This document shows, piece after piece, positions 12,040 to 23,612 of a stretch of 64,000 nt of DNA (position 1 is its first letter; each line of letters begins with the position of its first letter). This DNA comes from Minutocellus sp. GHC0000111. Its lineage: Eukaryota. The notes under the pieces are model-generated. The model was not told the origin of the DNA. It saw nothing but the letters and a program-made list of their open reading frames with translations, and ran no database searches. Location of the stretch: NCBI GenBank assembly GCA_977018835.1, contig OZ361258.1, forward strand, positions 124,001 through 188,000. The letters run 5' to 3'. The translations under genes and the position numbers were made by a program.

Positions 12040-12322
12040 GGTTTTGATGCCTTTGCCGTTTTGCTACCGACCGTATTCTCCTCTCAACCAGAACACTGCG
12101 CGATGCGATGGCTTGGCGAAAAATGCGTCATCGTGCCAACGCGGTGGTTTATCGAAAACTCAAAAGAACCCGGAACTCTTCGGACCACCTCACCCACCAT
12201 AGAGATCTTTTGGAGCGCTTGGAGCTTGGAGCACGTGCGTGCGCCGCGACCATATTTGACTCTCGCCGCAACTACCGCCTCACGAATCGATCGCAATCTT
12301 CAGATACGCAGAGACCACAGAA

Positions 12323-13322
12323 ATGCGCCTCTCCACATCCCTCCTTTTTCTCGCAGCCACAGGCACGTCGGCCTTTGTTCCCACCTCTCTCCCTGCCCGC
12401 GCCAGTCGGACCTCCACATCGCTCGATGCCACCATCGCCGTCATCGGCGCTTCTGGCCTCACCGCCGCAGAGTGCGTCTATCAGGCATTGAAGGAGGGAG
12501 ATGAAGTTGTCGGCCTCACCCGCAGTGGCAAGGTCGCCGTTCCCAAGGGAAGTGGCGGGTCCGATGCTGACAAGCCTTTGACCGACGACACGCTCACTGT
12601 CATCGCCGGCGATGTTACCAATCCAGCCGATGTGGCCAAGGTCTTCGAGGGACGGGATATTGACGGTGTCGTCGTGGCGTTGGGTGGCAAGACATCCGAC
12701 GTCGGCGAAACCATGCTCACCGATGGTACGACCAATGTGATCAACGCGATGAAGAAGAAGGGTGTGAAGCGATTGGCCGTCGTTACGTCGATTGGTGCTG
12801 GAGATAGCGAAAACCAGGCTCCATTCTTCTTCAAGATCCTCATGATGACCGCAAGTGAGTACACACTGCACTGTTTGTTGGTATGGCGTGTCGCGTTTAC
12901 GCACATATGTGTGCGTGTGCATGCATGGTGAATGGATTGCCACTATGTGTTTGAATGAAATATAATATGTGGTCTCCACGCAACACTTACTCACATTACA
13001 ACTTCATCTATCTCGTTTTACAATACCAGTGAAAAAGATCTTCAACGACAAGAACAATCAGGAGAAGGTTGTGCAAGATTCGGGTTTGGAATACTGCATT
13101 GTTCGACCGGGCGGTTTGACGGTTGACCCACCAACTGGAATTATCAATGTGATTGACGGAGAGGCCGGTAGCATCACTCGCGCGGACGTCGCTAGCTTCT
13201 GTTTGGATGCAGTCAAGACGGAGGATTTCCCTTACATTGGCAAGGCACCGTGCATTAGCAGTGTCGGTGGCACCAGTTGGGTCAAGGACCGCAGTGCCAA
13301 GGCTCGTGGAATGGAAGAGTAA
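12323..13322 (+). CDS. Plastid-targeted NAD(P)-binding protein (flavin reductase/BLVRB-like atypical SDR); exons 12323-12854 and 13030-13322
   Basis: TSA-F targeting motif, IAVIGASGLTA Rossmann motif, YCIVRPGGL and ITRADVA. A GT-AG intron at 12855-13029 restores MMTAMKKIF. Confidence 0.88.
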
Positions 13323-13660
13323 CTTGAATGTTTGGATGTTGGATGCCTAATAGAGTTCAGGTGAACCACAGCCAAAGTCAGATGCTCGAGTCAGTGGTGG
13401 TGATCACCACGCTTTCTCTATCAAGAGGTTTGGTCTCTAAAGATTTCATATACATATTTCACCATTGCACAATCGCCATTAAACTGCATAGAGGCATAGA
13501 AGGTCTGCTAAAAAGACCCAGTAATGCGATTATAACTACTTGGAAGGCAATAGATATCTAAATGAAAAATAGTTTATGATTACTACGACAGAGCCCGCGA
13601 TTGCACGAGCTAAATTGGAACATGATTCTTCAGCAAATGAACCCGGTTATTCTTCTCAGA

Positions 13661-14482
13661 TTATCGCTGATAGTACTCCGGTGAAACACCTGCGCCACCA
13701 ACCATGCCATTCCGGGGGAAGCTGCCCGCCCGGAAACCTGCGGCAAATGCCTCCTCCATAAGAGCAGAGTTGCTCAAAGCAGCTCCACCGGGACCGATGG
13801 CGGCACCACCACTGCTAACGCTCATCCCATCTCCACCACCACTCATCGCCCGCCTTCTGGCAAGTAAAATCGCCTTTCTCACAGGCTGGAGCAGTTCCTT
13901 CAGCAATGGCAGAGCGATGCACCGGACACTCCCGATATTGGCCAAGGGAGTGGCCAAGATTGTCACGACCAGCGGGCTCAGGTGCACATGCATCAGGGTG
14001 ACCGAGTCGTAGAAGACCGTCACAACCCTTACTTCGTCGCCCAGTCCAAGAGGTGTTAGCAGGGGATGGGGAGGCTGCGCATCATTGACGACCTCTCCCG
14101 TGCGAGGATTGGTCGATATCGTCCCCGCCATGCCGGCGGCGGCGCTGGCCGCAGCATCGGCAGCTTGAGCGGCCGCCATCACGTGGGGCGGAGCGTTGCT
14201 GGGCAGAGTCGACCATATGGATTCCACCGACGAAAGGATCTCCTCCGACAGTCCATGTCCACCGCCGCTGCCGGTGCTGGCGACCGTCCCGAACGACCGA
14301 TGGAGCGGAGAACCCTCGTTGGTTCCGATGAGAATTGCCCGGATCGGAGGCGGCGCCGTAGAGGAGGGGGAATGGCCGGAAGAAGCGTTCATCCGATCGA
14401 CCAGCGAATCAAGCGCCGCGGGGAGAGGTGGTGGGAGCGCTGATGGCCGCGCTTGGTGCGCCAGTTGATGGTGGAGGGACAT
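13661..14482 (-). CDS. Ragulator subunit LAMTOR3 (MP1)-like roadblock protein with low-complexity insertions
   Basis: IRAILIGTNEG and LGLGDEVRVVTVFYDSVTLMHVHLSPLVVTILATPLANIG match the LAMTOR3 pattern. Confidence 0.65.
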   Translation of the reverse strand: MSLHHQLAHQARPSALPPPLPAALDSLVDRMNASSGHSPSSTAPPPIRAILIGTNEGSPLHRSFGTVASTGSGGGHGLSEEILSSVESIWSTLPSNAPPHVMAAAQAADAAASAAAGMAGTISTNPRTGEVVNDAQPPHPLLTPLGLGDEVRVVTVFYDSVTLMHVHLSPLVVTILATPLANIGSVRCIALPLLKELLQPVRKAILLARRRAMSGGGDGMSVSSGGAAIGPGGAALSNSALMEEAFAAGFRAGSFPRNGMVGGAGVSPEYYQR

Positions 14483-14825
14483 GGTGGCCGTATCTTGCGA
14501 TTGCACGAGATGTGCGTGCTCATTTTTCATCATGCATTTTCTCATGCGCCGGATTTCCGGGTCCGCAGTTGTTTCGTCTGTGCGTCTTCCGTTTATACCA
14601 CGAAGCCGCCAGAACCAACGCGTAATTTGCTTCGTGGAAAGTCAAGGAGAAGTCGAGGTCAAGAGCTTGTCTCCATCTTTGACTTGCAATCCATAAACCG
14701 CTCGCTCTTGCTGTTTATTCATTTTGAATATTAAAATATATAAGCAAATTTTGAACGGCCGCTGGGAGTCGAGTCGAAACGCAAAGGCATAACAGTGAAA
14801 GAGATAGACACAGCCGATCATCATC

Positions 14826-15532
14826 ATGCATCTCATGTACTATCTCGATGCCAATGGCAAGAGGGTCTACACTCTCAAGGTGTGTTTCATTTGGGCAGTG
14901 ATGGTGTGCTGGAAGGAGACGCTACGTGTGATGGTTCGGGCTGAGCCCGACCGGGGGCTAATGGTGTGGTGGCTGAGAAAGGGCCTTAAGTGCGATGGTT
15001 AGGAGCGGGTTCTCGAGAAGGATCCTCGCAAGTCGTTCGTCATCGGACCCTTCAGTACCTCCAGACAAGAGCCCTTGCTTCGATTTCGCCGATGCGCCGA
15101 TGAATTGAATCTTTATTTTGGGGGGGGGGGGCAAATATTATATATATACTACGTGGGGTGCGGTGGTTAGAGCTCGGGAAGATGAGGTGATCAGTCAGGA
15201 TCGGAGTGTCGCGGGGCGGGCGGCGGGAGGGCGGGCTCGACTGCATGCCAGGCGTGCTATTGCACGTAGATTTTTCGACGCTGATCGATGCTCAAGTGGT
15301 TGCTTGAGCATTTCTTTTTACGTATCCTTTACAAATTGCACATCTCTAACAAATATTTGCAATTTTCTTACCTCTTATCACCTCTTTGTAGAAGGAGAAC
15401 CCGTCTGGAAAGGTTACGGAATCGGCCCACCCGGCGCGATTCTCCCCTGATGATAAGTTCAGTGGACAGCGCGTGGCTTGCAAGAAGCGATTTGGTATCT
15501 ATCTCCCCGATCAGCCTCAGAAGCCGATGTAA
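14826..15532 (+). CDS. NOP10: H/ACA ribonucleoprotein subunit NOP10 (64 aa); exons 14826-14879 and 15392-15532
   Basis: Spliced translation [64 protein letters not shown] across a 512-nt GT-AG intron. Missed by the ORF track. Confidence 0.95.
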
Positions 15533-15674
15533 GTTGGGCGTCGCGGGGTAGAATAGTAGCTGGTCTACTACGATCGTACTGGAAATGTAAAGTAAAAATC
15601 TAGATATTTCAATGAATCAAAAAGTGCAACTATAATGCGGACTTGTCGTCGTCCCTCGCCACAGTGCGATGACA

Positions 15675-16474
15675 TCAATGCTCTTGTTGATCCAATATCT
15701 GAGCCATATCTTCCTCGCTTACAGCAGAATCAGAATTTGTAATACTGATTCGAACCTGACCTTTTGGCGGGGTAATCCGAGACTGAGACTTAGAAATATC
15801 GCCATCCTCACCTTTCGATCCAGAAGCAGAACATTCTGTTTTGACACTGTCGCTATTCGAACCATCATTTTTTTATCTTCTTTGTCGTTGGCTGCGAAAG
15901 TATTCATGCTATTGTTGCCCTTGTATTTGCTTCCGGTCGCAAGATTTATCCCGGTTTCAAGGTGTGCTTTTGATGGCTCCTCGACATCCAATGTCTTGTT
16001 GTCTTTCTGCACAGTATCTGAGGGTTGGCCAACCGTAAGAAAGCTTGGGTAGGCAACCTCCTGTCTACATACATCGCAGCATGCCGAGGTACAGTAGTGC
16101 ACATCCAGTGCTGCAGGCTGCCGTCCAATATCGGATGGATCAGGCAAAGCGGACTCAGGATCGTGTACGTCCTTCTCTTGGATGGAACATTCCGACTCGC
16201 AGGAAACCAAGTCGATGGGTTCCCGAGTGGATGTATCCTCATCGGCGGTAGGTGCTTCATCTGGCAACTCAATAACAATATTTTTCGCTCGAACTTGCTC
16301 ATTGTTGCGATGCCTGCCTCGAATGTAAGAACAAATGTAAAGCATTCCCGCGACGAACAGTGCGGCAGCGGCGAGCACGATGAAGAAGATTGCGGCGACG
16401 CTTAGCCTGTCGTAATCTTGATTCTGATCACCAATACCATCGAGCAATCGTGTGGAAGTATTAGCACGGAGCAT
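15675..16474 (-). CDS. Single-pass membrane protein with DVHxCxSAxCxxC motif; probable frameshift at the A7 run 15868-15874
   Basis: TM segment LSVAAIFFIVLAAAALFVAGMLYIC and motif DVHYCTSACCDVC. After the A-run the alternative frame reads NDGSNSDSVKTEC..DQQEH* (stop 15677-15675), which matches the hydrophilic composition upstream. Confidence 0.6.
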
Positions 16475-16928
16475 GGTGTTTGAATTCTAGTAGTACGTGT
16501 AGTGGGAGGTAATTTGCCGATGGTGTGGATCAGAAAGAGTGGAAGAGTAGTGAAACGAGGTTGCGACGAGTCACTTTTCCGGAAAGATTCTCGATGATTC
16601 GTAAAGGGCGATGCTTTATGCTATTGCCAAAGAGTGTGAAAGTCATTACGTGAAAGTATGTGAGCTCCTTTCAGCGAACGATCGTGAGTATGCCCTTGGA
16701 TTTTCTCGAGCACGACTTGATTGGAGTGAAAATGAAAGGGCGGCCGCAACGGCGCGACGCTTTTGGATTCGTCTGTCTGTCCGAAATTGCAGATCTTCGC
16801 GGGCTCTGGTTTGCTTTGACGCGGGGTTCGGTTTGTTGATTGATTGCATTCGTCTACCAAAGAACTCGTCCAAGCACGCACAAAACTCGCTTGATACTAA
16901 AACAACACAATCGTACAGATCTAAAAAT

Positions 16929-17824
16929 ATGAATATATTTCACAAAGGCAACAGCGATCTTACCAACGCCATCGTTCGGGAGGATTGGGTGGCCGTCAAA
17001 GCAGAATGCGAAGCTCATCCCAAGAATGCCGCCGTCTGGTCCACCCGAGTTGGCTTCGATGGTGAGCACGAAAGTCACGTGCTTCCCATCCACTCGGCAG
17101 CTGCTCTCTGCGCACCAAAGGATGCGATCGAAGCGCTGGCGCTGGCGAATCCAGACGGAGTCAAGGCAAAAGAAACATCATTCAAAAGGCTTCCTCTACA
17201 CATTGCGTGTCAGAGTCATGCACCGGCGGATATGGTTGCCACCCTCCTGTCATTCTACCCGCAGGGTGCAGCTGATACCGATGTCTTAGGGAGACTTCCT
17301 CTACATTACGCGTGGTGAGTCGAGTCTTGTCTTTGCGAGATGAACAGAATTGCCATTCGTATTTGTTGTCGCGTGGTCATATCATCTTTCCAATCGCACT
17401 GACCAACATTCTTTGTCATACTTCTCTGTCTCCTGATTGCAGCTCAAATGGAGCATCCGTGGAAGTGGTTGAGGAACTATTGGCAGCGCATCCATGGTCA
17501 GCGTCTGGACAAGACATACATGGATGGCTCCCGATCCATGTGGCATGCCACTTTGGCGCATCGACTGGTGTAATCCGCGCCCTAATGAATGCAAATCCCG
17601 ATTCGATTGAGGCTCGTACAGAGAAAGGATCTACACCAATGACTCTCATCAAAAAAATCAATTGCAAAAATAAGGAGGAGGTCTTGCATTTGCTGGAAGA
17701 TGCCGCATGGCTGCACTGGCATGGTCCCATGAGGTACCATCCTGTCCACTCGGATCGAGGAAATGATCTTGGATTACACCATAGGATTGTTCGGAGCGGT
17801 GCTCACCCTCAAGTCCATCACTGA
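16929..17824 (+). CDS. Ankyrin-repeat protein; exons 16929-17314 and 17443-17824
   Basis: Repeated LPIHSAA, LPLHIAC, GRLPLHYAC and GWLPIHVAC motifs; GT-AG intron 17315-17442. Confidence 0.88.
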
Positions 17825-18059
17825 TTCATCTTGATATGAATGATTTTTGTCAAAAAGAAGGCAGCTTCTGACGTTGAAAAGGAAAGTCATGAAAAGATAC
17901 GCCTTCGCAACACCACTCGAGAAAGCCCATGCGCTTCAGTCTTCTACTAAATAAAATGAAGCCGCCTGGAGTGTTCACATGACATGTCCATTCCTCGCAT
18001 ACTATAGATATACCTATACCATACATAAAGTCGATGCGTAATTATAAATCATTATCTAG

Positions 18060-19464
18060 TCATTTAGGCGAGAAGCTCTTGAGCTGAGATGCAACCGCCC
18101 GCCCAGCTCTTTTGCCACTTAGCAAGGCACCATGAGTTGTAGCGGGAAATTTCTGGTCCGTGGCCTCTCCAGCAAAGAAAAAGTCTGTTGCTCACTGGCT
18201 TTGCCAAGTCGCGCCGGCTGTGTTCGTGCGAACCAACTTTCTGAAAAGAGTAAGATCCTCGAGAATATTCATCTGCTTCCAATTTTGTGACAAGAACCTT
18301 GGAAGGTGGCGGTACCGCATCTTTTCCAAAGATACTTTGCAGCGATTGGATTGCCCAGTCCGCTATTTGTACGTCGTCCAATTCTTCCATCCTACGTGCT
18401 GCTTCTCCGATGATGAAACCGATCAGTACCCGTTGCTTCGAATCAAAGCAGCCTGGATTGTAAAATTCTGTAATGAGATCGCTGCCTGCGTCACTGGGAG
18501 TAAATCGAAGTATCCATTCCTTATTCCTGGGCCAAAATATATCCGACTCTTTCATTCCCTCCCAACATAAAGCAACTTTGTTCATCAAGCCATTCCCAAG
18601 AGCCTGGATTGCTTCTCGCTTTGAATTTGGGAGCTTTGGAACGAATGCGACGTTTCCTGCCTGCAGTACTCCCAATGGAAGTGTTATTATAGCACATCTA
18701 GCTCGTATGGTTCCGCACTCTTCCGTGTCTGCACAATTCAAGGTGATACAATCCCCGTCACAGTAGTCTACCTTCTTCACTTTTGTACGTAGACGGATTT
18801 TCTCTTTGATGGATTTGGCGTAACTTTCAACAACTGACGAATAACCACCGCCATTCCCTACGGCCAAGTAAGAGTCATCACCAGATAACTCGTCGTCGAT
18901 GTCCCAGTACTTGAGAGAAAGCTCCTTCAAGCCGGCTGCATATTCCTGTACAATCTCGGCGTCAAGTATCCAACGGAGAGCATGATCCTCATCACTTCCC
19001 GGCTCTATTTCCTTTGCTCGGCAGTAGTCAACGACCACGCTTTCTAGCGACGTGTCGGGCTTATTGTTCTTCTGCCGTCGTCTCATATATTTCATAAATT
19101 GTTGCCGAAGCTTCTTCATTTCCCTCCGTTTCTCTGAGGTGATTGGCTTGCCATCATACCAGGCTGCCGTGTCCTTCCATTCTCCCTCCGCGTGGGCAAA
19201 GGGCAGGTTGTGTCGCTTCACCAGGTCCTGGATTGGATTTCGATGCACCCCATGTACCCACGATGACCCAAGGTCGACGGGATTGTCAGGTCCAAAGTGA
19301 TGAGAAGTTATGCTTCGGCCACCAATGTAATCTCGTGCCTCGCACACAAGTAAATTGTCAATTCCGTGCTGTTTCAGGGTTTGGGCGGCGCCGAGACCTG
19401 CCCATCCAGCACCAATGACGACAACGTCAAAGATGTTGTTCGAGCCGTGTAGTTGATTGATCAT
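18060..19464 (-). pseudogene. Flavin-containing amine oxidase (polyamine oxidase-like); +1 frameshift in the homopolymer at 18178-18182
   Basis: VVVIGAGWAGL, EARDYIGGR, DLGSSWVHG, ITLPLGVLQ and SRGSYS. Removing one T restores the conserved LFFAGEAT..TTHGALLSG tail with a stop at 18062-18060. Confidence 0.85.
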
Positions 19465-20240
19465 TTTCTTGGGTAATATTAATATTGTAAGGCAGTGAGC
19501 TGCAGCCAATACGACTGCCGGCCTCCGTTCCTGCCTGAGAGCCTGAGAATGCGATGGCGGATGGCGGCGGCGCGCGCGGCGGCGTGATGCGATGCTTTAG
19601 AGAGCAGGGTGAAAGCAAGCCGGCCTCGAGACTTGTGCGCGTGCGAGCCAACCACGAGGCTCGTAGCTTCGTACCTAGGTACGTACGTAGCTCGGCGTCA
19701 ACGGCCGCTCTCGATCTCTCGCCTCCTTCATGCAGGTTTCTACTCTTGGGCTCTTGCTGAGATTGTGTGCATTAAGAGGGCGCTGTCCATAACTTTTAGG
19801 AAGCCCCCAAAATGTGTGTTTTGTGCCGTTTTTTCTTCGCACCATCGCCAAAGTTAGCACTCCAACGTGACAATGGGCTCCTCATCGAAGGCCGCCGCTC
19901 TCCACAGTGGCGAAGAGTCATCGACGTTCCTTTCAGCATTAAGTCGGAAATCCCTCCAGGAACACTTGGTTCAGAGGAACTTCGATGAATCAACTCTCCC
20001 TCAGAAACACAACAGTCGACGTGCACGTCATCGTCGGATCGACCGAAATTAGTCTCGGCCGACGCATGACCAGCATTGGTGGTGCTGGTGGGAAGACATC
20101 TTGAAGTTTTGCTGTTGGGAGGTAAGGGGACATTTGTTTGGGGTATTTTTGCACGTCTCCCTCATTTGGGGGTATTTTTGTAAGGTTCTCATCGAAAAGA
20201 GTGTCTTGCGCCAGAACCGACACAAAACAAAAAAACAACC

Positions 20241-22064
20241 ATGGAAACATCACGTGCTAACGCCAAGGAGGCAATCCTCTCACTCTTGCTCTCATTCCCA
20301 GACGACGTCAGATGTACTTACTACACTGTTGATGAGCTTGTCCGCATCTTGATGCGCGGTGGCGCATCGCCGAGCTTAGAGATCTCTCTTGTTCGATCAT
20401 CTCTTCAACACGTCCCAACACGACACGAGGTCAACATCCAACGACGACGTCCAGAGAAAATATCAGGCCTTGACGTTGCAAAGCCCTTCTACCGCTTCTC
20501 CAGAATAGCCGACAACGCCAGCCCACGCTCTCAACGCAATGGCAAGCGATCACTGCCGACCACACCTGAAAATTACTTCCAGGACGATGAAAAGCATGTG
20601 GGCCCCATCTCAACGCGACACTGAAACATTATTCCGACAAGAATTCTTCGGGCGGTCGGTCATCTACTCCCACCGCCAACGCTACCGATCGTCCCAACAT
20701 CACCGGCGTGCAGCTCAACGGCAAAAGAATTGTGGTTGAGATGATGGAGCTGTGTGATTTCGTACAGAATCTCCACCGATCGTGCGGCAATCTGCATCTC
20801 TCGGCCGAGCCAGTTCGGCGTGGATTCGGCGTCACATTTGAATGGCGATGCGATAGATGCAACCAACCTTTTTCTTTTTGCACTTGGATCGGCCAGAGGT
20901 CAGAAGTTGTGTGCCCCGGCAGAAAGCATTCTAGAAGTCAGGCTGGAATGAACTTGGAGCTGATGGAGGCAGCGGAAGATGAGGCCATGCACGCAAGTCG
21001 CTTCATGAATTTCTGCACGAAGGCCGACATCGTCCATCCGACCGAAAAGAATGCCCGACAGGTGGAAAAGAAATGCAGAGCAGCGGCTATTGAAGCAGCT
21101 GATGAAATCATTGACGAGAATAGGGCAAAAGCACATGCCGCTAGCATCAAGACTGTTGAGTTTGAACAAGGCGGCGAGATGCACACGGCGGCGGTGGTTG
21201 CGGTGGCCCAAGACGGCAGCGCCCTCAAACGCGACTACGGCCATTGCTACACTGGCTCTGCTGCAGCGGTGTTTGCCGTAGACAAGGAAACTGGCCTTGT
21301 TGTTGACAAGGGAGTCTCTCAGGCAAGCTGCCACTGTTGCGTGAGAGCCTGCAATGCAAGATTGAGGGAGAGGCGGGAAGCCGGCAATCCAATAACGCCG
21401 AGTGAGCTCAAAAACATGAGCAAGGATGAGATGCTGGCCCTGTGCGACCATGATGGCTTCTGCTATCGCAACTCTTCCTACTCCCCCGGTGTGGCAGAGG
21501 AGCATCTGGCCGAGAATGTTGGGAGTTGAAAATTTTAATGCCATCCCCCGACCACGCATCAATCGGATGAAACAGGACATTTCGAAGATTACTGATCGGC
21601 ACAAGCACAGCGTTCTCGATCAGCCCGATGGTGCTGTGTCCGAGGAGGAAAAACAAAGTCATCTGGCCCTCCTTCAGAAAGAACTCCAGTCCGTCGTTCG
21701 TCACCAATGTGGCATTCACACTTTTTGCACCACCAACACGTGTGATTGGATTCGCCTCAGCATTGCTCATCCTGATTGGAGTGATGGCAAGCTCGATGGT
21801 AAGGCGAAACCAGCAAAGCCTGGCCGCGAGAAGAAGATTGACCAGCAGTGTCAGAAATGCAAGCAGCTTGGCCACACTCGGGCTGAATGTCAATGCGACG
21901 ATGCTGACGACGTTGTCGTTTACGCCGGAAAGAAGCGCAGAAGCCCAGGCAGCAACAAGAAATCTGCAAGAAATAATAAGAAAGCTAAGACAAACTTCGG
22001 TGTATCGGCAAATGATGTTAGCTCTTGGATGCCGGCGATACTGAGAGAAAATGGCAGCTTGTAA
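20241..22064 (+). pseudogene. Kolobok DDE transposase (Mutator-like domain), frameshifted and internally deleted
   Basis: Three ORF pieces: 20241-20624, 20708-21529 and 21426-22064. Motifs GKRIV..C..RRGFGVTFEWRCDRC, VAQDGSALKRDYGHCYTG..DKETGLVVD..CHCC, HQCGIHTFC..CDW and a C-terminal CQKCKQLGHTRAEC knuckle. The DGD and final Glu segments are not seen. Confidence 0.8.
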
Positions 22065-22168
22065 ACACGTGTAAAATATTTTATCACTGTAAATAAAAAT
22101 GGATTTATTGTGTGCTGTTACTCACGTGCTACGCACATTCTTGTTATCTACATGTGTTGAGGTAATGA

Positions 22169-23400
22169 TTATGCATTTTCCTCTTCTTCTTCCTCTTCAT
22201 CTTGATGACCAGGGATGAATCCAACATATCGTTCACCTTTATCATTTGGATAAATGAACCAAATGCAAAAGACTAGACAGGTTGGCAAGGGCTTCCGATC
22301 AAGCCAACCTCTCACATGATACACCTCAGTTGCATAGTACCAATACAGCATGTTCCTCTTCAAATTATTTGCCATGGCTTCGACTGGCATGGTGGTTGCA
22401 TAGTATTTGTGTCAGCGATATCCTCCAGGTCCTCCTCCGTCGGCACCAGCATTTCTTCGCAGACGCATTTCTGAAAGAAGAGTGTGCCGTACATTGAGCA
22501 GCTTCGGTTGGCGGCAGTGCAGCAAGCAGGGGGTATTGGCGGCCTCTCTCTGGTCTCGTCCCAATTACCGAATGTGTCTGCCTCCGGCGCTGCCGTCGGA
22601 TCATCGTCGGCTTCCTCACAAACGGCCGCAACAAGAGCATCCGTGTCCGATCTGATCGCTGCTGATGGCCCACCATCTACCTGCAGAAGTTGGCCCATTC
22701 CAACAATATCAAAATCAACTAGTCCAATCCCAGCAGTAGAGTGTATGTCATCATATGGAGCCACATGCCATCGGTGGAACTTTGTCAATTTGATCACATG
22801 GCCCTGTTGTAGACTTCGGGCCTTTTCGGTAATTGTCAGGGCAACACGAGCGACGATAAGCTTTCCGCTTCCATCAAGCAAAGTAAGCGATGTGGTGTTG
22901 AAAGGTCGGCCGTGCGCAGCAAGAGCCGATCCAATATCGATCCGTTTCCCATGAAGTTGAAATATAGGGAAGAATTCAGGTCCGGCGTCAAACATGGGAT
23001 CTTGCAATTGATCGACGATGCCGACCGTCAGCCTCAACTTCACATCAGCCACGGACAGGTTGGTAACTACGAGGCCGGGCCGCTCAGCAGCGACATCAAT
23101 ATCATCCCGAACATGATACTTATCAGCGCGAGCCTCGACTGCTTTAACAAGATGTTGAAGTGCATGGCCGACGCCGGGATTGTTCCATAATTCTCGTCCT
23201 TGTCCGTTCGGGTCGTTCTCCAACGTGACGGCGAGGCCCTCCAGTATCTCGGTAACGGCGTCTTTCGCTTTGTCCTCCGCCTTCTCTTTCTTCTTGTCAA
23301 CAGGCAAAATCGGGCGACCGGAGTTATCTGTCTTGAGTTTCCGCAACCGCGTATCTGCGTTGTGGGCCGGGCCGGCACTATTATCAGCGCTGCGCTTCAT
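22169..23400 (-). pseudogene. Transposon accessory protein (KolX-like, P2X7 ballast-like C-terminus, possible OB-fold); frameshift near 22405
   Basis: ORF 22360..23400 continues in ORF 22169..22390. A Cys cluster CC..C..CVC is followed by NNLKRNMLYWYY..RGWLDRKPLPTCLV..IYPNDKGERYVGF. Confidence 0.75.
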
Positions 23401-23612
23401 CGTAATGAAGAGGGGGCAGAGCGGCGATTCTCATGGTGGGGTCGAGTTTTTGTCATGCTTCGCTCGTCATAAGAAATAAGAATAAGGGGGATTAAAAACG
23501 GGGAAAATTATGGACAGCGCTCTCTTAAACATGACCAGTGCCCCGTTCTTTCTTCGTGGTGGAAGCGGCCGACATCGCCGAGCTAATGAACAAGGCAGTG
23601 GTATTGATTTAG

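Larger units (their letters stand above)
19776..23524. mobile_element. Kolobok-type DNA transposon (3749 bp), decayed
   Basis: TTAA at 19772-19775 and 23525-23528. 21-bp TIRs GAGGGCGCTGTCCATAACTTT and GAGAGCGCTGTCCATAATTTT (19/21 identical). GA..TC termini; two convergent internal genes. Confidence 0.88.

Noticed and set aside
12851..12856. Non-canonical GC-AG intron donor (GCAAGT)
   Set aside because: The GT donor at 12855 gives the correct frame and a sensible protein.
15145..15320. U1/U2 snRNA in the NOP10 intron (ATTGCAC, T-rich site, hairpin)
   Set aside because: No ATACTTACCTG 5' end and no U2 branch-pairing sequence; only isolated short matches.
19776..23524. Classification as MuDR/Mutator or piggyBac
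   Set aside because: No 9-bp TSD or long TIRs, and the ends are GA..TC rather than CC..GG. TTAA plus a convergent KolX-like gene fits Kolobok better.
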